The position numbers and the translations under genes were made by a program. From Candidatus Omnitrophota bacterium (GTDB taxonomy: Bacteria > Omnitrophota > Gorgyraeia > JAHIPI01), in the NCBI GenBank assembly GCA_016783745.1, contig JADHVZ010000005.1, positions 1,178 to 65,177 on the forward strand: a stretch of 64,000 bases of DNA. Reading direction: 5' to 3'. Within the stretch, counting starts at the first letter, position 1. Each line of letters starts with the position of its first letter. A model generated the notes under the pieces. It had not been told where the DNA came from. It saw only the letters and a list, made by a program, of their open reading frames with translations, and searched no databases. This document shows, piece after piece, positions 27,502-37,604 of this stretch.

Positions 27502-29748
27502 TTATTCCAGTTTTAGCCGGCCCCAGACCGCAGAGTCTTTATATCCGGCTTCCGTTCCGTTCCAGACGATCTTCCCCTCTCGCGTCCCGGCCTCGTCCGC
27601 GTCACCAATAGCGATATCAAAGCCAAGTATATCACCTTTTTTAAATTTTATGAAGGGCTTGTCGTAAAAATTCGCTATATTTATTCTGGCTTCAAGAATA
27701 TACCCATCCTTACCCTTATTCGCGATAGCCCGGCTTGCTTTAGGGACATCGTTTCTCACCCCGCCTTTTACCTGGCCGGGTATCCACATCTCAGTATTTG
27801 CGCCTATTAATATCTGAAAATCCGCGGCCGAATATCCTGTTTCAGGGATCCTGGCGGGATCTACGCTGATAAAGAGTTCAACGCAGTCTCCGTTCCAGAC
27901 ATTATTGCCGGAATACCTGTTCACGGCAGGCACATCATCCTTGATATCAGCCAATAAATATAAGTTTTCCTTATCCCATACCACCCTGACCTTCGCGCTA
28001 AGATCACTATCACTTTCTATGGTGCCCTCTCCGAAGTTCGTGTCAATATTTAATTCGATTATTTCCGTGCTGAGCCAGGCTTTATCTATTATACCGTCGA
28101 TCTTTATGTCTTCCGTGAATACGGAAACCAGTTCTTTGACCGGTAGTCCTCCCGCAAAATCCGCTCCCACGTATCCCATCACGCCATCCTTGCGCTTATA
28201 ACCGTAATCCTCTACGTCGGCGCCGGCCCAGTACACGTAGTACCAACTATCGAGCTTTCCGGCTACGGGAGTCCTTTTTGTGAAATATCCCCGCTCATCG
28301 GTTTTACCTTCCCACTGCCTTGTATGACTATTTATGGCGTTGAATATACCCAGCCGGACATCGTAATCCTTGAGCGGCTCCCCCTCTCTATTGGTCACTC
28401 TCGCGGTTATGGAGGCAATATCACCGTTTTTATATCGAGGCTTATCTACCGTCACCTCGATATTGACCGGAGGCAGCAGATCATGACCGTCTTTACATTT
28501 TATTATATTTACACTCCGGGTGATCTCGCTTTTATCTTCCGTTCCCATTACCGTAAACGTATGCAATCCGGCCTGTAACTTTGAAGCATCGAGTTCTGCC
28601 CGCCACCAATCGCCTTTATTCGTCAGATCATGCCACTTGCCCCGGCCTATCCTGTACCGTACGCCTCTGACCTGAGAAACGGCATTGACTTCTATAAGAG
28701 CTTTATCCGGTATTCTCTGGCCCTCCCTGGGCTCCGTAACGATCAGTTTAAACTCTTCCTTTAAAGCGTAATACGCCTTTCTCGGCGTACCAAGGATATC
28801 CTGCTTGCTTTCAATGCCGACTATACCGAACCACTCTTCCGGATGCGTGTCATGCCTCTCGGGCTTTTTTGCTTTCCACCACTCATCGTTCCATTCAAAA
28901 ACACAGCCGCCCGCGGCGCCCCCTTCAAGCAATCCCCGGAAACATGATATTATTCCGTCAGCCTGCTCCTCTTGGGAATTCCCGCCGTATGCATATCCGC
29001 CGTCTCCGTCGGGAGAAACACTGTATCCGAACTCTGTCACCACAAACGGCCTCCCCTGAGCATGAAGCGATCTTGTGCCTTTTACAAAGTTCGCGTATCC
29101 GATATCACCCGATATTGAAGGGGCATAAGCATAAGTATTAAATGACACGATGTCCCACATGGACTGGTCAAGCCACAGCGACCAGTAGGCATTCGCCATG
29201 CTGACCGGCCTGTTCGGATCTTCCTCCCTGGCTATGCTCGCCAATCTCCTGTAAAGATCCAATGTCTTATCCACGCCTGATGACATCAAGCGGTCGGCGT
29301 GCGGCTCGTTCATCATCAGGTACATGATTATATTAGAGTGTTTCTTACCTATCCTGCACATCTGCCTGACGCTGCTCTCGGCAAGGCGTATAAAACCGCT
29401 ATATCCGAAGTCCACATCCGACTTTAATGGGACCGCCTGTATGACCATCAGATCATATTTTTCCGCCATCTCTAGCTGGTCCTCCGGCATTGTGCCCCAG
29501 ACCCGCAATGTGTTGAAGCCGGCATCTCTTATCCTCTTAAAATCTGCCTCTAGCGTCCTGGGGGGAACGCTGGCTCCCGGCCACTGGCCGGGCCTATACG
29601 GACTGTAGCCGATCCCTTTGATAAAAAATTTCTCGCCGTCTATATAAATACTGCCGTCTTTAAGTTGTATCCGGGGATTTTCCTCCGCATAAAGGGCGCT
29701 TACGCCGAGCAGCACCGTCATGACCAGAACTATGATCCTCTGCCTCAA
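27502..29748 (-). CDS. Secreted clan GH-A glycoside hydrolase with Ig-like and CBM9-like domains
   Basis: Signal peptide; NEP acid/base, VTEFG nucleophile, FEWNDEWWK; C-terminal IDG...WDKENLYL...D..W.GDCVELF. Confidence 0.75.
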   Translation of the reverse strand: MRQRIIVLVMTVLLGVSALYAEENPRIQLKDGSIYIDGEKFFIKGIGYSPYRPGQWPGASVPPRTLEADFKRIRDAGFNTLRVWGTMPEDQLEMAEKYDLMVIQAVPLKSDVDFGYSGFIRLAESSVRQMCRIGKKHSNIIMYLMMNEPHADRLMSSGVDKTLDLYRRLASIAREEDPNRPVSMANAYWSLWLDQSMWDIVSFNTYAYAPSISGDIGYANFVKGTRSLHAQGRPFVVTEFGYSVSPDGDGGYAYGGNSQEEQADGIISCFRGLLEGGAAGGCVFEWNDEWWKAKKPERHDTHPEEWFGIVGIESKQDILGTPRKAYYALKEEFKLIVTEPREGQRIPDKALIEVNAVSQVRGVRYRIGRGKWHDLTNKGDWWRAELDASKLQAGLHTFTVMGTEDKSEITRSVNIIKCKDGHDLLPPVNIEVTVDKPRYKNGDIASITARVTNREGEPLKDYDVRLGIFNAINSHTRQWEGKTDERGYFTKRTPVAGKLDSWYYVYWAGADVEDYGYKRKDGVMGYVGADFAGGLPVKELVSVFTEDIKIDGIIDKAWLSTEIIELNIDTNFGEGTIESDSDLSAKVRVVWDKENLYLLADIKDDVPAVNRYSGNNVWNGDCVELFISVDPARIPETGYSAADFQILIGANTEMWIPGQVKGGVRNDVPKASRAIANKGKDGYILEARINIANFYDKPFIKFKKGDILGFDIAIGDADEAGTREGKIVWNGTEAGYKDSAVWGRLKLE

Positions 29749-30608
29749 CTGTTTGTCTCCTTTTTTACAGTATCCCTGTATAATTTGTGAATATTTCGCG
29801 TTACGGGTCCGACCCTCCCGCTGCCTATTCTTATACCGTCGACCTCGATCACAGGGATGATCTCGATAAGTGAGTTTGTGATAAATACTTCGTCACACTC
29901 GTTCAGTATATCATCCTTGAACATGCCTTCCTCCACGCCTACACCGGCAAATGACGATAATTCCAGCACCGCTTTTCTCGTTATGCCCGGCAGGATTCCG
30001 CAGTCAACCGACGGAGTCATGAGCCTGCTTCCCTTTACCATAAATACATTAGATACCGTTCCTTCGCATATATGGCCGGATTCGTTCAGAAAGAAAGTCT
30101 CAAAAGAATTCCTGGAAACGGCTTCATTTCTGGCAATAATGCTTTCAAGATAATTCGATACCTTAAAACGCGTCACCAGACTGCGGCTGCTTTTTCTGTA
30201 GCGGGAGATATCGGTTTTTATCCCGCTATCATAAAATTTAGCGGGCCGCGGCAGAAAATTTGCCGCGGTGATCACCGCGCTCGCGGCTTCGTTTTGCGAT
30301 ATATTAAACCCTCTGTTTTTTGAAATACCCCGGGACATGGTGACCCTGATCGAGGCGTCTTTAAGTTTATTAAGGCGCAGCAGTTCATATATTATCTTTT
30401 CCGTCTCCTTATTCGAAAGGCCCTGGCGGATCTTCATGCTTTTCATGGATGAAAAAAGCCTCTCGATATGGTCATTCAAGCGGAATACGATACCGCTATA
30501 ACTTCTCATCGTCTCGATGACCGCGTCTCCGTAAAGGAAACCCCTGTCAAAAACAGAGATCTTCGCGTTGTTTTCGTCGAGCATCACTCCGTTTACGAAT
30601 ACCTTCAT
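29745..30608 (-). CDS. pabC: Class IV aminotransferase, probably aminodeoxychorismate lyase
   Basis: DRGFLYGD..ETMR, EGTVSNVF, ILPGITR; adjacent to pabB (IlvE not excluded). Confidence 0.7.
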   Translation of the reverse strand: MKVFVNGVMLDENNAKISVFDRGFLYGDAVIETMRSYSGIVFRLNDHIERLFSSMKSMKIRQGLSNKETEKIIYELLRLNKLKDASIRVTMSRGISKNRGFNISQNEAASAVITAANFLPRPAKFYDSGIKTDISRYRKSSRSLVTRFKVSNYLESIIARNEAVSRNSFETFFLNESGHICEGTVSNVFMVKGSRLMTPSVDCGILPGITRKAVLELSSFAGVGVEEGMFKDDILNECDEVFITNSLIEIIPVIEVDGIRIGSGRVGPVTRNIHKLYRDTVKKETNS

Positions 30609-30618
30609 CTCGCGCTCC

Positions 30619-32094
30619 TTATCGCTGCCGGGTCGGGATCGAATGGGCCGCGGCCTGATGGAAGTAGATCGCCTGCGCCAGCGCGCGGCCCTTATCCAGC
30701 GTCTCCTGATACTCCATCTGTGGATCCGAATCCGCCACTATGCCGCCTCCGACCTGAAAATATGATTTTTTACCTTTTACGACTATTGTCCGTATCACTA
30801 TGGAAAGGTCCGCGCTGCCGCTAAAATCTATATAACCGATCGCGCCCGTATATATACCTCTTTTTGTGGGCTCGAGTTTCTCTATTATCTCCATGGACCG
30901 TATCTTAGGAGCGCCTGTTATTGAACCTCCGGGAAAGCAGTTTTTAAGGCAATCAACCGCATCTCGGCCTTCCCTTAATTTGCCGCTGACTGTGGAGACC
31001 AGGTGATATACGGTCGGATAAGTCTCAAGTCCCATGAATTCCGTCGGGCTTACAGAGCCGTATTCGCACACCCTTCCGAGATCGTTCCTCTCGAGATCCA
31101 CTATCATCAAGTGCTCGGCCCTGTCTTTAGCGCTGGACAATAGCTCATTTTTAAGCGCAAGGTCTTTTTTACTGTCTTCTCCGCGGGGCCTGGTGCCTTT
31201 TATCGGCCTCGTCTCTATATATCTGCCGTTTATTTTTATAAACCTCTCCGGGGATGAACTCACTATTTTAAAATCGTCGAAATTCAGATAAGCGGCGAAC
31301 GGCGCCGGATTTATTTTTCTTAGTCCCGCATAAAGCTCAAAGGCATCCCCGCTGAAATCACACTCGAATCTCTGTGAAAGGTTCACCTGATAGATATCCC
31401 CGCAAGCTATATACTCTTTCGCGCGGTCAATAGCCTTGCAATAATCCTGTTTAGAAAAATTTGAAGTCAGCCCGGAGTCCGGGAGCGCATTGATACCCCC
31501 TTCAAGATCGTCTGCATATGCGTTGAGCCTGCCGGTGCCTGTGCCTGTATGACGGTTTATTCTGCTTTTGACTTCATCCAGCCGCTTTTCGGCCCTCTCG
31601 CGATTTTCGTTCCCATCGCGCAATGGCAGGCCCGAGGAGGATATATATGACTTTTTCAACAGATTATCGAATATTATGATCACATCATAAAAAGCAAGCA
31701 AGAGATCCGGCATTTTTATATCATCATGGGACGTATCCGGCAACTCCTCCAGAAAAAATCTAAGGTCGTATGAAAAATACCCAATACACCCGGAGTTCAA
31801 AGGCAGGTCATCTCTTGCTTTCTCTACTTTATACCGGGATAAGACCTGTCTTAGAAATTGAAACGGATCGCCGGTAATACCCTCAACGCCGTCTTTAGTG
31901 GAAACCGTTATTTGCTCTCCCTTACTGCGGACTACCATGAACGGGTCATGGCCTATAAATGAGAACCTGCCGAGCCTGGCCGCGTCCATACCGCTGTCAA
32001 GAAACGCGCTATAGGGCTCATCCTTAAAGGCGCTATAGACGGTCAGCGGATCCGGGAAGTGGTCCAGTTCGTGTATGATTGGTATTATGTGCAT
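30619..32094 (-). CDS. pabB: Aminodeoxychorismate synthase component I
   Basis: GDIYQVNLSQ, SSPERF, RPIKGTRPR, EHLMIVDLERNDLG, FPGGSITGAPK. Confidence 0.9.
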   Translation of the reverse strand: MHIIPIIHELDHFPDPLTVYSAFKDEPYSAFLDSGMDAARLGRFSFIGHDPFMVVRSKGEQITVSTKDGVEGITGDPFQFLRQVLSRYKVEKARDDLPLNSGCIGYFSYDLRFFLEELPDTSHDDIKMPDLLLAFYDVIIIFDNLLKKSYISSSGLPLRDGNENRERAEKRLDEVKSRINRHTGTGTGRLNAYADDLEGGINALPDSGLTSNFSKQDYCKAIDRAKEYIACGDIYQVNLSQRFECDFSGDAFELYAGLRKINPAPFAAYLNFDDFKIVSSSPERFIKINGRYIETRPIKGTRPRGEDSKKDLALKNELLSSAKDRAEHLMIVDLERNDLGRVCEYGSVSPTEFMGLETYPTVYHLVSTVSGKLREGRDAVDCLKNCFPGGSITGAPKIRSMEIIEKLEPTKRGIYTGAIGYIDFSGSADLSIVIRTIVVKGKKSYFQVGGGIVADSDPQMEYQETLDKGRALAQAIYFHQAAAHSIPTRQR

Positions 32095-32180
32095 ATGTAC
32101 TCACTGAGGTTACGAAAGGTTACAATATCCCTGGTTGTTGGTTGTTCGCATATCGTTAATCGTTTATTGTTGATCGTATA

Positions 32181-32246
32181 TTCGGTTTTCGGTTTTCGGT
32201 TTACGGTTTTCGGGAAAAGAATCCGAGAACCGAACACCGAGAACCG
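32181..32246. repeat. Heptamer-based palindromic element, copy 1
   Basis: CGGTTTT-like units, then GAAAAGAAT, then CCGAGAA-like units; 65/66 identical to 46972-47037. Confidence 0.92.
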
Positions 32247-32334
32247 ATAACCGAGTTACGAGCGTCTCTGCGAGATAACAAACAATTCGAGAGCACATGC
32301 AATATTTATGGAGCGAGAGGATTATCAACATCGC

Positions 32335-32802
32335 TTACTTAGGCAACAGCTCTTCAAACAGCAATTTCAGCTCTTCGCGCCTCTTCGTCAGTATATCACT
32401 GAGCGGAGTGTTCATGGCGCACTTGCCCGGTTGAATACCCAGCAAGTATACCTCAGCCTTTGTCTCCGCCTTCAGAAAATCGAAAAATAATGCCAGGGAC
32501 GCGTTATGCGTAGATAAGCCGTATAAGGGAATATCCTTCTTCCTCAGCAACTTCATGTCCCCTATATTAGCGCCAAGATCAGCGGCGTCTACCATAAGTA
32601 CCGTGTCGGGCTTAGAGTTTCTGATCGCCTTAATGTGATTTTCAGGCGTAGGCCCTGCGTTCAACACCTCAGCTGAGGTCTTACCCTTCAGATCATCAAT
32701 AAGCCCGGGACCAAAGCCATCATCCCCCATCATTGTATTGCCGACTCCGACAATAGTGACCCTTCCCCTTAATATATCCTGTAATTCCATCCTAATATCC
32801 AT
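32335..32802 (-). CDS. hycI: Hydrogenase maturation endopeptidase (HycI-like)
   Basis: GVGNTMMGDDGFG, TPEN, VDAAD, STH. Confidence 0.88.
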   Translation of the reverse strand: MDIRMELQDILRGRVTIVGVGNTMMGDDGFGPGLIDDLKGKTSAEVLNAGPTPENHIKAIRNSKPDTVLMVDAADLGANIGDMKLLRKKDIPLYGLSTHNASLALFFDFLKAETKAEVYLLGIQPGKCAMNTPLSDILTKRREELKLLFEELLPK

Positions 32803-32810
32803 AATAAATC

Positions 32811-32844
32811 AGGGACAGGCACCGATTGAATGGCACCTGTCCCT
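32811..32844. repeat. GGGACAG-type palindrome
   Basis: AGGGACAGG-16 nt-CCTGTCCCT. Confidence 0.7.
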
Positions 32845-32864
32845 CTATTGTACCTTCTTCTCCC

Positions 32865-33488
32865 CTATTTTTCAAGGGTGGTTTTTCTTCGGCACGAAGC
32901 GCAGAGTATCTTTATCCTGTCAGACCTGCCAAGCTCTTTCGCGGCCTCGACCAGGTCTTCGGTCACCACACCCAACATCTTTAAATCCGCAAGATAAACT
33001 GTGGGGCTTGAATAAGCGAGAGTATCCAGCTTCCTCGCTATCCATCGCAAGTGAGAATACGTACTGATTATATCCGAACAGGATTCGCAAAGAGCCAACT
33101 CATTTTCCGACGAATCGCTTACCGCGTGCCTGTCGCTGCGGTCAAGATAAGCGCTTTCAAATTTGGTGGTATGGCTGATCCCGGGCGGATCCTCGTCCTT
33201 CGTAGAACACCAGAGAGTACAATTGCCGCAGAAATTACACATATCATAATTGATGACCATCTTGCGTTCAGGAGGATCCTGGCCAATATCATCCTTAACC
33301 TCAATAGCTCCGGACGGGCAGACAAACTTACATGCTGTACAGCCTATGCAGTTCTCATCGCTGAATTCCACCATGCCCCTGAATCTCTTATGCGGTATAT
33401 GCGGCTTAAAGGGATACATGTTTGTATATGGGCCCTTTATGACCGCTTTTATAGCTTCTTTTAGTTCTCTTAGCTTTGGTTTTTTCAT
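32865..33488 (-). CDS. NuoI/MbhN-like 4Fe-4S subunit
   Basis: CIGCTACKFVCP, CNFCGNCTLWC. Confidence 0.88.
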   Translation of the reverse strand: MKKPKLRELKEAIKAVIKGPYTNMYPFKPHIPHKRFRGMVEFSDENCIGCTACKFVCPSGAIEVKDDIGQDPPERKMVINYDMCNFCGNCTLWCSTKDEDPPGISHTTKFESAYLDRSDRHAVSDSSENELALCESCSDIISTYSHLRWIARKLDTLAYSSPTVYLADLKMLGVVTEDLVEAAKELGRSDRIKILCASCRRKTTLEK

Positions 33489-33493
33489 CTTTA

Positions 33494-33528
33494 ACCTACT
33501 ACCTACAACCTACTACCTACAACCTAAT
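33494..33528. repeat. Five tandem heptamers (ACCTACW; last unit ACCTAAT)
   Basis: ACCTACT-ACCTACA-ACCTACT-ACCTACA-ACCTAAT. Confidence 0.85.
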
Positions 33529-33862
33529 TCCCGTCTTCTTCGTATTTATCTATTACGCTGGATTCGCAAAGCTTAACACCTGACTTATGCGCGGCCCTGG
33601 CTAAGGCGTGCGCTGCTACAGGCGAAGTAAGCAATAAAAAAATTATACACAATATAGCTTTTATTCCCGCCGCCGTAAAACCGACTATGAGTAACATGCC
33701 AAAAAGAATACTGCAAGTCCCCAGCGTGATACATTTTGTCGCGGCCTGAAGCCTGTTATAAACATCCGGCAGTCTCAACAGCCCCAGGCAGCCAAAGACA
33801 TCAAAGGCCAGGCCTATGCTTATAAATATAAATCCGATTATGTGAATCACATTAATCATCAA
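33524..33862 (-). CDS. MrpG/MbhC-like subunit
   Basis: GLLRLPDVYNRLQAATK, TSPVAAHALARAA. Confidence 0.9.
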   Translation of the reverse strand: MMINVIHIIGFIFISIGLAFDVFGCLGLLRLPDVYNRLQAATKCITLGTCSILFGMLLIVGFTAAGIKAILCIIFLLLTSPVAAHALARAAHKSGVKLCESSVIDKYEEDGN

Positions 33863-34223
33863 AGTCTTTCCCCTCCAGATACTTTGCCAAAGCCAGTGTA
33901 CTTATAAAACTTTGCAATGCCCATGCTATACCTATATCGATATACCACTGCCTGCCCGTAGAAATACTTAAAACAGCGCAAAAGCCTATGACAAGTATGC
34001 CGAACATGTCTAGCGATACGATTCTGTCGGCCGGCGTAGGCCCCTTTACTATCCTAAAGAGGCATAAGACCGCGCACAAGATGAGCACAAACAGGGCCCT
34101 TTTAACAAAATTGAGATACACCAGCCCCGGGAAGATGTAGATATCCGGCGTAAAAAATAAGATTACGATAAATAAAGCCGCCAGTATGATCAGGCCTATA
34201 ATATAGCTAAGTGTCTTATTCAT
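33852..34223 (-). CDS. MrpF/MbhB-like subunit
   Basis: RIVKGPTPADRIVSLD, ALAKYLE. Confidence 0.9.
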   Translation of the reverse strand: MNKTLSYIIGLIILAALFIVILFFTPDIYIFPGLVYLNFVKRALFVLILCAVLCLFRIVKGPTPADRIVSLDMFGILVIGFCAVLSISTGRQWYIDIGIAWALQSFISTLALAKYLEGKDFDD

Positions 34224-34714
34224 TCAAAAATCCTTGTCAATATCCGCTCAAACCGATAGGCTATCCTCTCGGTTGCCCCTTTTACATCCTTATCCTTGAC
34301 ATCTATCCAATGGACGTATATATAACCTTTTTCCCGGTCAATATCTACGCTTAAGGTCCCGGGCGTAAGTGTTATCGAATTGGCAAGAAATGTCAGGCCT
34401 GTATCAGATTTGAGCGATGTCTTGACCTTCACTATTCCGGGTTTTATCGGAAGACTCGGATGAGCTACCCTGTAGGCAACATCGATATTCGCCTTAAGCA
34501 TCTCCCAGATGAAAATCGGAATATAATAGAGGAACCAGAGATACCTCTCGACGTGTTTAAATAGATGCGGCCTTTGCACAAACATATCACCAGTCAGATA
34601 TGCTACTAACGCCGCCACAAAAACACCCACAACAAGATGCTGCCAATCCGGTATCCAGTTAAGCAGCGCCCATACGACAAACGCCAGAACAAAAAGAATC
34701 ATCCTGCTTTTCAT
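34220..34714 (-). CDS. MrpE/MbhA-like subunit
   Basis: KANIDVA, LANSITLTPGTLSVD, YVHWI. Confidence 0.92.
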   Translation of the reverse strand: MKSRMILFVLAFVVWALLNWIPDWQHLVVGVFVAALVAYLTGDMFVQRPHLFKHVERYLWFLYYIPIFIWEMLKANIDVAYRVAHPSLPIKPGIVKVKTSLKSDTGLTFLANSITLTPGTLSVDIDREKGYIYVHWIDVKDKDVKGATERIAYRFERILTRIFE

Positions 34715-36243
34715 AATCCTAGGCCCCCGAAGACCGTTGCCGCATAATCCTTGCCCGCCATCAACGCGTCTGTAGCCGCCTTAAGAAAATTCTGGGAAAA
34801 GCGCGGCGCTATAAGTAAACCGCCAAAGATACATATGATCGCAAGGATAATAACCGGGACCTTCATAAAAACCGGGGGTTCCTTTATATCATCCCATTTT
34901 TTAGTCACTTTCCCGTCGCTTGCGGTTAAAGCGCCGGAAGGTGATCCGAAGAAGACATTCTTTTGTACGGTCGCGAAATACGCAAGCGTTACCACGCTGA
35001 CCAGGGCGGCCAGAAAGGCATACCCTATATATCCCGCCTGCACGGCCGCGAATATTATTATCAATTTACTGAAAAATCCGTTAAACGGCGGAACGCCGGC
35101 TATAGACATCGAAGCGATGAACGAGGTCCTGCCTGTAACAGGCATCTTTTCTTTCAGGCCTCCCATAAGCCGCATATCCCGCGTGCCTGTCGCATATTCC
35201 AGCGCGCCGGAGTTAAGAAACAGTAGTGACTTAAATACCGAATGGTTGAATAGATGAAAAAGCGCGCCGAGGATAGCCAGAGGCGTACCTATAGCCAAGC
35301 CCAATATGATGTAACCTATCTGGCTTATAGAGCTATAAGCCAGCAGGCGTTTAAAGTCCCACTGCCCACTCGCCAATAGCGCCCCTACGACCATGGATAA
35401 GGCGCCGAATATTAAAAGCACTTCCGTGAATTTAGCGCCCATTCCGAATACGTTATAAAAGATCCTTGCTATTGTGTAAATGCCGAGGCTCTTTATGAGT
35501 ACACCCGAAAGCATAGCGGAAATCGGCGCCGGTGCCGACGGGTGCGCGTCCGGCAGCCAGGCGTGAAACGGGACAATGGCCGCTTTCAATCCAAACCCCA
35601 TCAAAAAGAGGACGCCGGTAAACAGCGTAATATTGCCCGCTCCTTTTTGCGTTAAAACAGCGGCCATGTCCGCCATATTGAGTGTAGACGTATAACTATA
35701 CATAAACACTATTCCGAGAAGCACAAAAAGCGAACCCACCGTGCTCATTATCAAATATTTGAAAGAAGCTTCAAGCTCTTCCTCTTCAGTTCCGAATGCC
35801 ACGAGGGCGTAACTTGCGACCGACGCGATTTCCATGAATACAAAAAGGTTGAACATGTCGCCTGTTACGATGACCCCGTTCATACCCGCAAGCATCAAAA
35901 GGAAAAGCGTGTAAAACGTCCATTTTGAGGTGAACTTCTCCATATAGTTAACCGAGTAGACCGTTACCAGAAAGGCTACAAGGTTGACGGTCACGAGCAT
36001 AAAACTCGTAAATCCGTCCATTACCATTGTTATGCCTATGGGTGGCACCCAGGCACCGACTTTATATACTAAGACGCCGCATTTACTCACAAAGGATATC
36101 GAAAGAAGAGAAGCGATCAGCAGGCACGCTGTTGAGAGATTGCCCAACATGTCCGGCACCCCTTTTACCTTCTTCCCGATAAGGGAAGTCAGGAACGCGC
36201 CTGCGAGCGGTATTATCACGAATATAGGGATTATATTATGCAT
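34711..36243 (-). CDS. MrpD/MbhH-like antiporter subunit
   Basis: GDMFNLFVFMEI, PFHAWLPDAHPSAP, KRLLAYSSISQIG. Confidence 0.92.
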   Translation of the reverse strand: MHNIIPIFVIIPLAGAFLTSLIGKKVKGVPDMLGNLSTACLLIASLLSISFVSKCGVLVYKVGAWVPPIGITMVMDGFTSFMLVTVNLVAFLVTVYSVNYMEKFTSKWTFYTLFLLMLAGMNGVIVTGDMFNLFVFMEIASVASYALVAFGTEEEELEASFKYLIMSTVGSLFVLLGIVFMYSYTSTLNMADMAAVLTQKGAGNITLFTGVLFLMGFGLKAAIVPFHAWLPDAHPSAPAPISAMLSGVLIKSLGIYTIARIFYNVFGMGAKFTEVLLIFGALSMVVGALLASGQWDFKRLLAYSSISQIGYIILGLAIGTPLAILGALFHLFNHSVFKSLLFLNSGALEYATGTRDMRLMGGLKEKMPVTGRTSFIASMSIAGVPPFNGFFSKLIIIFAAVQAGYIGYAFLAALVSVVTLAYFATVQKNVFFGSPSGALTASDGKVTKKWDDIKEPPVFMKVPVIILAIICIFGGLLIAPRFSQNFLKAATDALMAGKDYAATVFGGLGL

Positions 36244-36244
36244 T

Positions 36245-36583
36245 CTATCCGTGCAACTTTCTTATTTTTGTAATATCGAACGTCCCGTATTTATCGTAAA
36301 TCCTGATAGCTATAGCGACCATCATGGCCGTGACCGCCAATCCGATAACGATCGCGGTAAGGACCAGGGCCTGAGGAAGCGGATCCACCATATTGAATAT
36401 GTTTTCACTCGGCGTGAATATAGGCGAACGGCCTTCGGCGCGGTAACCCACAAGCGCAAAAAACAGATGGACGGCATACTCAGCGATTATGATACCGATA
36501 ATGATCTTGATGAGATTCCTCTTCCTTAATATACAAAAGATGCCGATCGAGAAAAGGACCAGGCATAAAAAATAGAGAAGCAT
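36245..36583 (-). CDS. MrpC/MbhG-like subunit
   Basis: NLIKIIIG, DPLPQALVLTAIVIG. Confidence 0.92.
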   Translation of the reverse strand: MLLYFLCLVLFSIGIFCILRKRNLIKIIIGIIIAEYAVHLFFALVGYRAEGRSPIFTPSENIFNMVDPLPQALVLTAIVIGLAVTAMMVAIAIRIYDKYGTFDITKIRKLHG

Positions 36584-36586
36584 AAA

Positions 36587-37069
36587 CTAATTTCCTTTCT
36601 TACCGTCCACTGTAAACTTCAGCATTACCAGTATGACAAATATACTGAATAATCCGGCGCCCACTTTTAAACTGATCGCTATGTTGCAAAGCGGGATTAT
36701 TCCGGCGCTGAATAACTTAAAAGGCTCGCCTTTATCAGCAAAGAAGTTCAAGAAGAAAGACCCGCCCGTGAAACCGATGACCGCTATTAATAAGAAAAGC
36801 AAGGCGCCTAAACTTTCAAAAAAAGACGCCGCCCGCATAGACAGCTTCTTCAATGCCACATCTTTGCCGAACGCCAGCATTATATGTATAAACGAAAGCG
36901 CCACAATAACTCCGCCGGCAAAACCGCCGCCGGGCGAGACGTGGCCATGAGACAGTATATATATACCGTATAGCAGGATCAGGCCGACCGTGAGGCGTGT
37001 TATGGTCTTTACGATAATGGTCATGCCTTTATTAGGATCCGGGACAGCGGCTTCTTTTTTATTATTCAT
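36587..37069 (-). CDS. MrpB/MbhF-like subunit
   Basis: GHVSPGGGFAGG. Confidence 0.9.
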   Translation of the reverse strand: MNNKKEAAVPDPNKGMTIIVKTITRLTVGLILLYGIYILSHGHVSPGGGFAGGVIVALSFIHIMLAFGKDVALKKLSMRAASFFESLGALLFLLIAVIGFTGGSFFLNFFADKGEPFKLFSAGIIPLCNIAISLKVGAGLFSIFVILVMLKFTVDGKKGN

Positions 37070-37604
37070 CTTCCTCTACTTCCTCCCCCACCTTCTTGCG
37101 GCCGACTCTCCTCATAATAGCGATAACGCCTATTACCGCCGTAAAAAGTATCGTTGCCTCACCCAGCGTATCATATGCCCTGAAGTCCAATATGACAGCC
37201 GCTACCAGATTAGACGCTCCCGTTTTTGACAATCCCGTTTCAAGGTAGATATTAGCGACCTTCATGATAGGCTGCCCGAAAACAGGAAGATCCTTTAAGC
37301 AGTAATATCCGATCCCTAAAAAAGTAACCGTGAATACGGCTACTACGAGTGTATTAAAAAACCACCTGCCGGAGGTAGAAAACGGCAGGTCTTTTTTGAG
37401 CGTCGCCCTTATTAATATTATCAAGCATAATATTTCGACGACCAGCTGCGTTATCGCGAGATCGGGCGCCTTCAATACTAAAAACGCTATGGAGAGAGCC
37501 AGGCCGACGGCGCCCACAGCTATAACAGCCGAAATAAGGTCTTGCATCTGAACGGCCGCTATTGCGCCTATGATCATGATTATCAAAAGAATATACAGGA
37601 TCAT
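37062..37604 (-). CDS. MbhD-MbhE-like fused subunit (DUF4040 plus MrpB-like)
   Basis: APDLAITQ and NLVAAVILDFRAYDTLGE; start moved to ATG 37604, which overlaps the upstream stop (ATGA). Confidence 0.85.
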   Translation of the reverse strand: MILYILLIIMIIGAIAAVQMQDLISAVIAVGAVGLALSIAFLVLKAPDLAITQLVVEILCLIILIRATLKKDLPFSTSGRWFFNTLVVAVFTVTFLGIGYYCLKDLPVFGQPIMKVANIYLETGLSKTGASNLVAAVILDFRAYDTLGEATILFTAVIGVIAIMRRVGRKKVGEEVEEDE

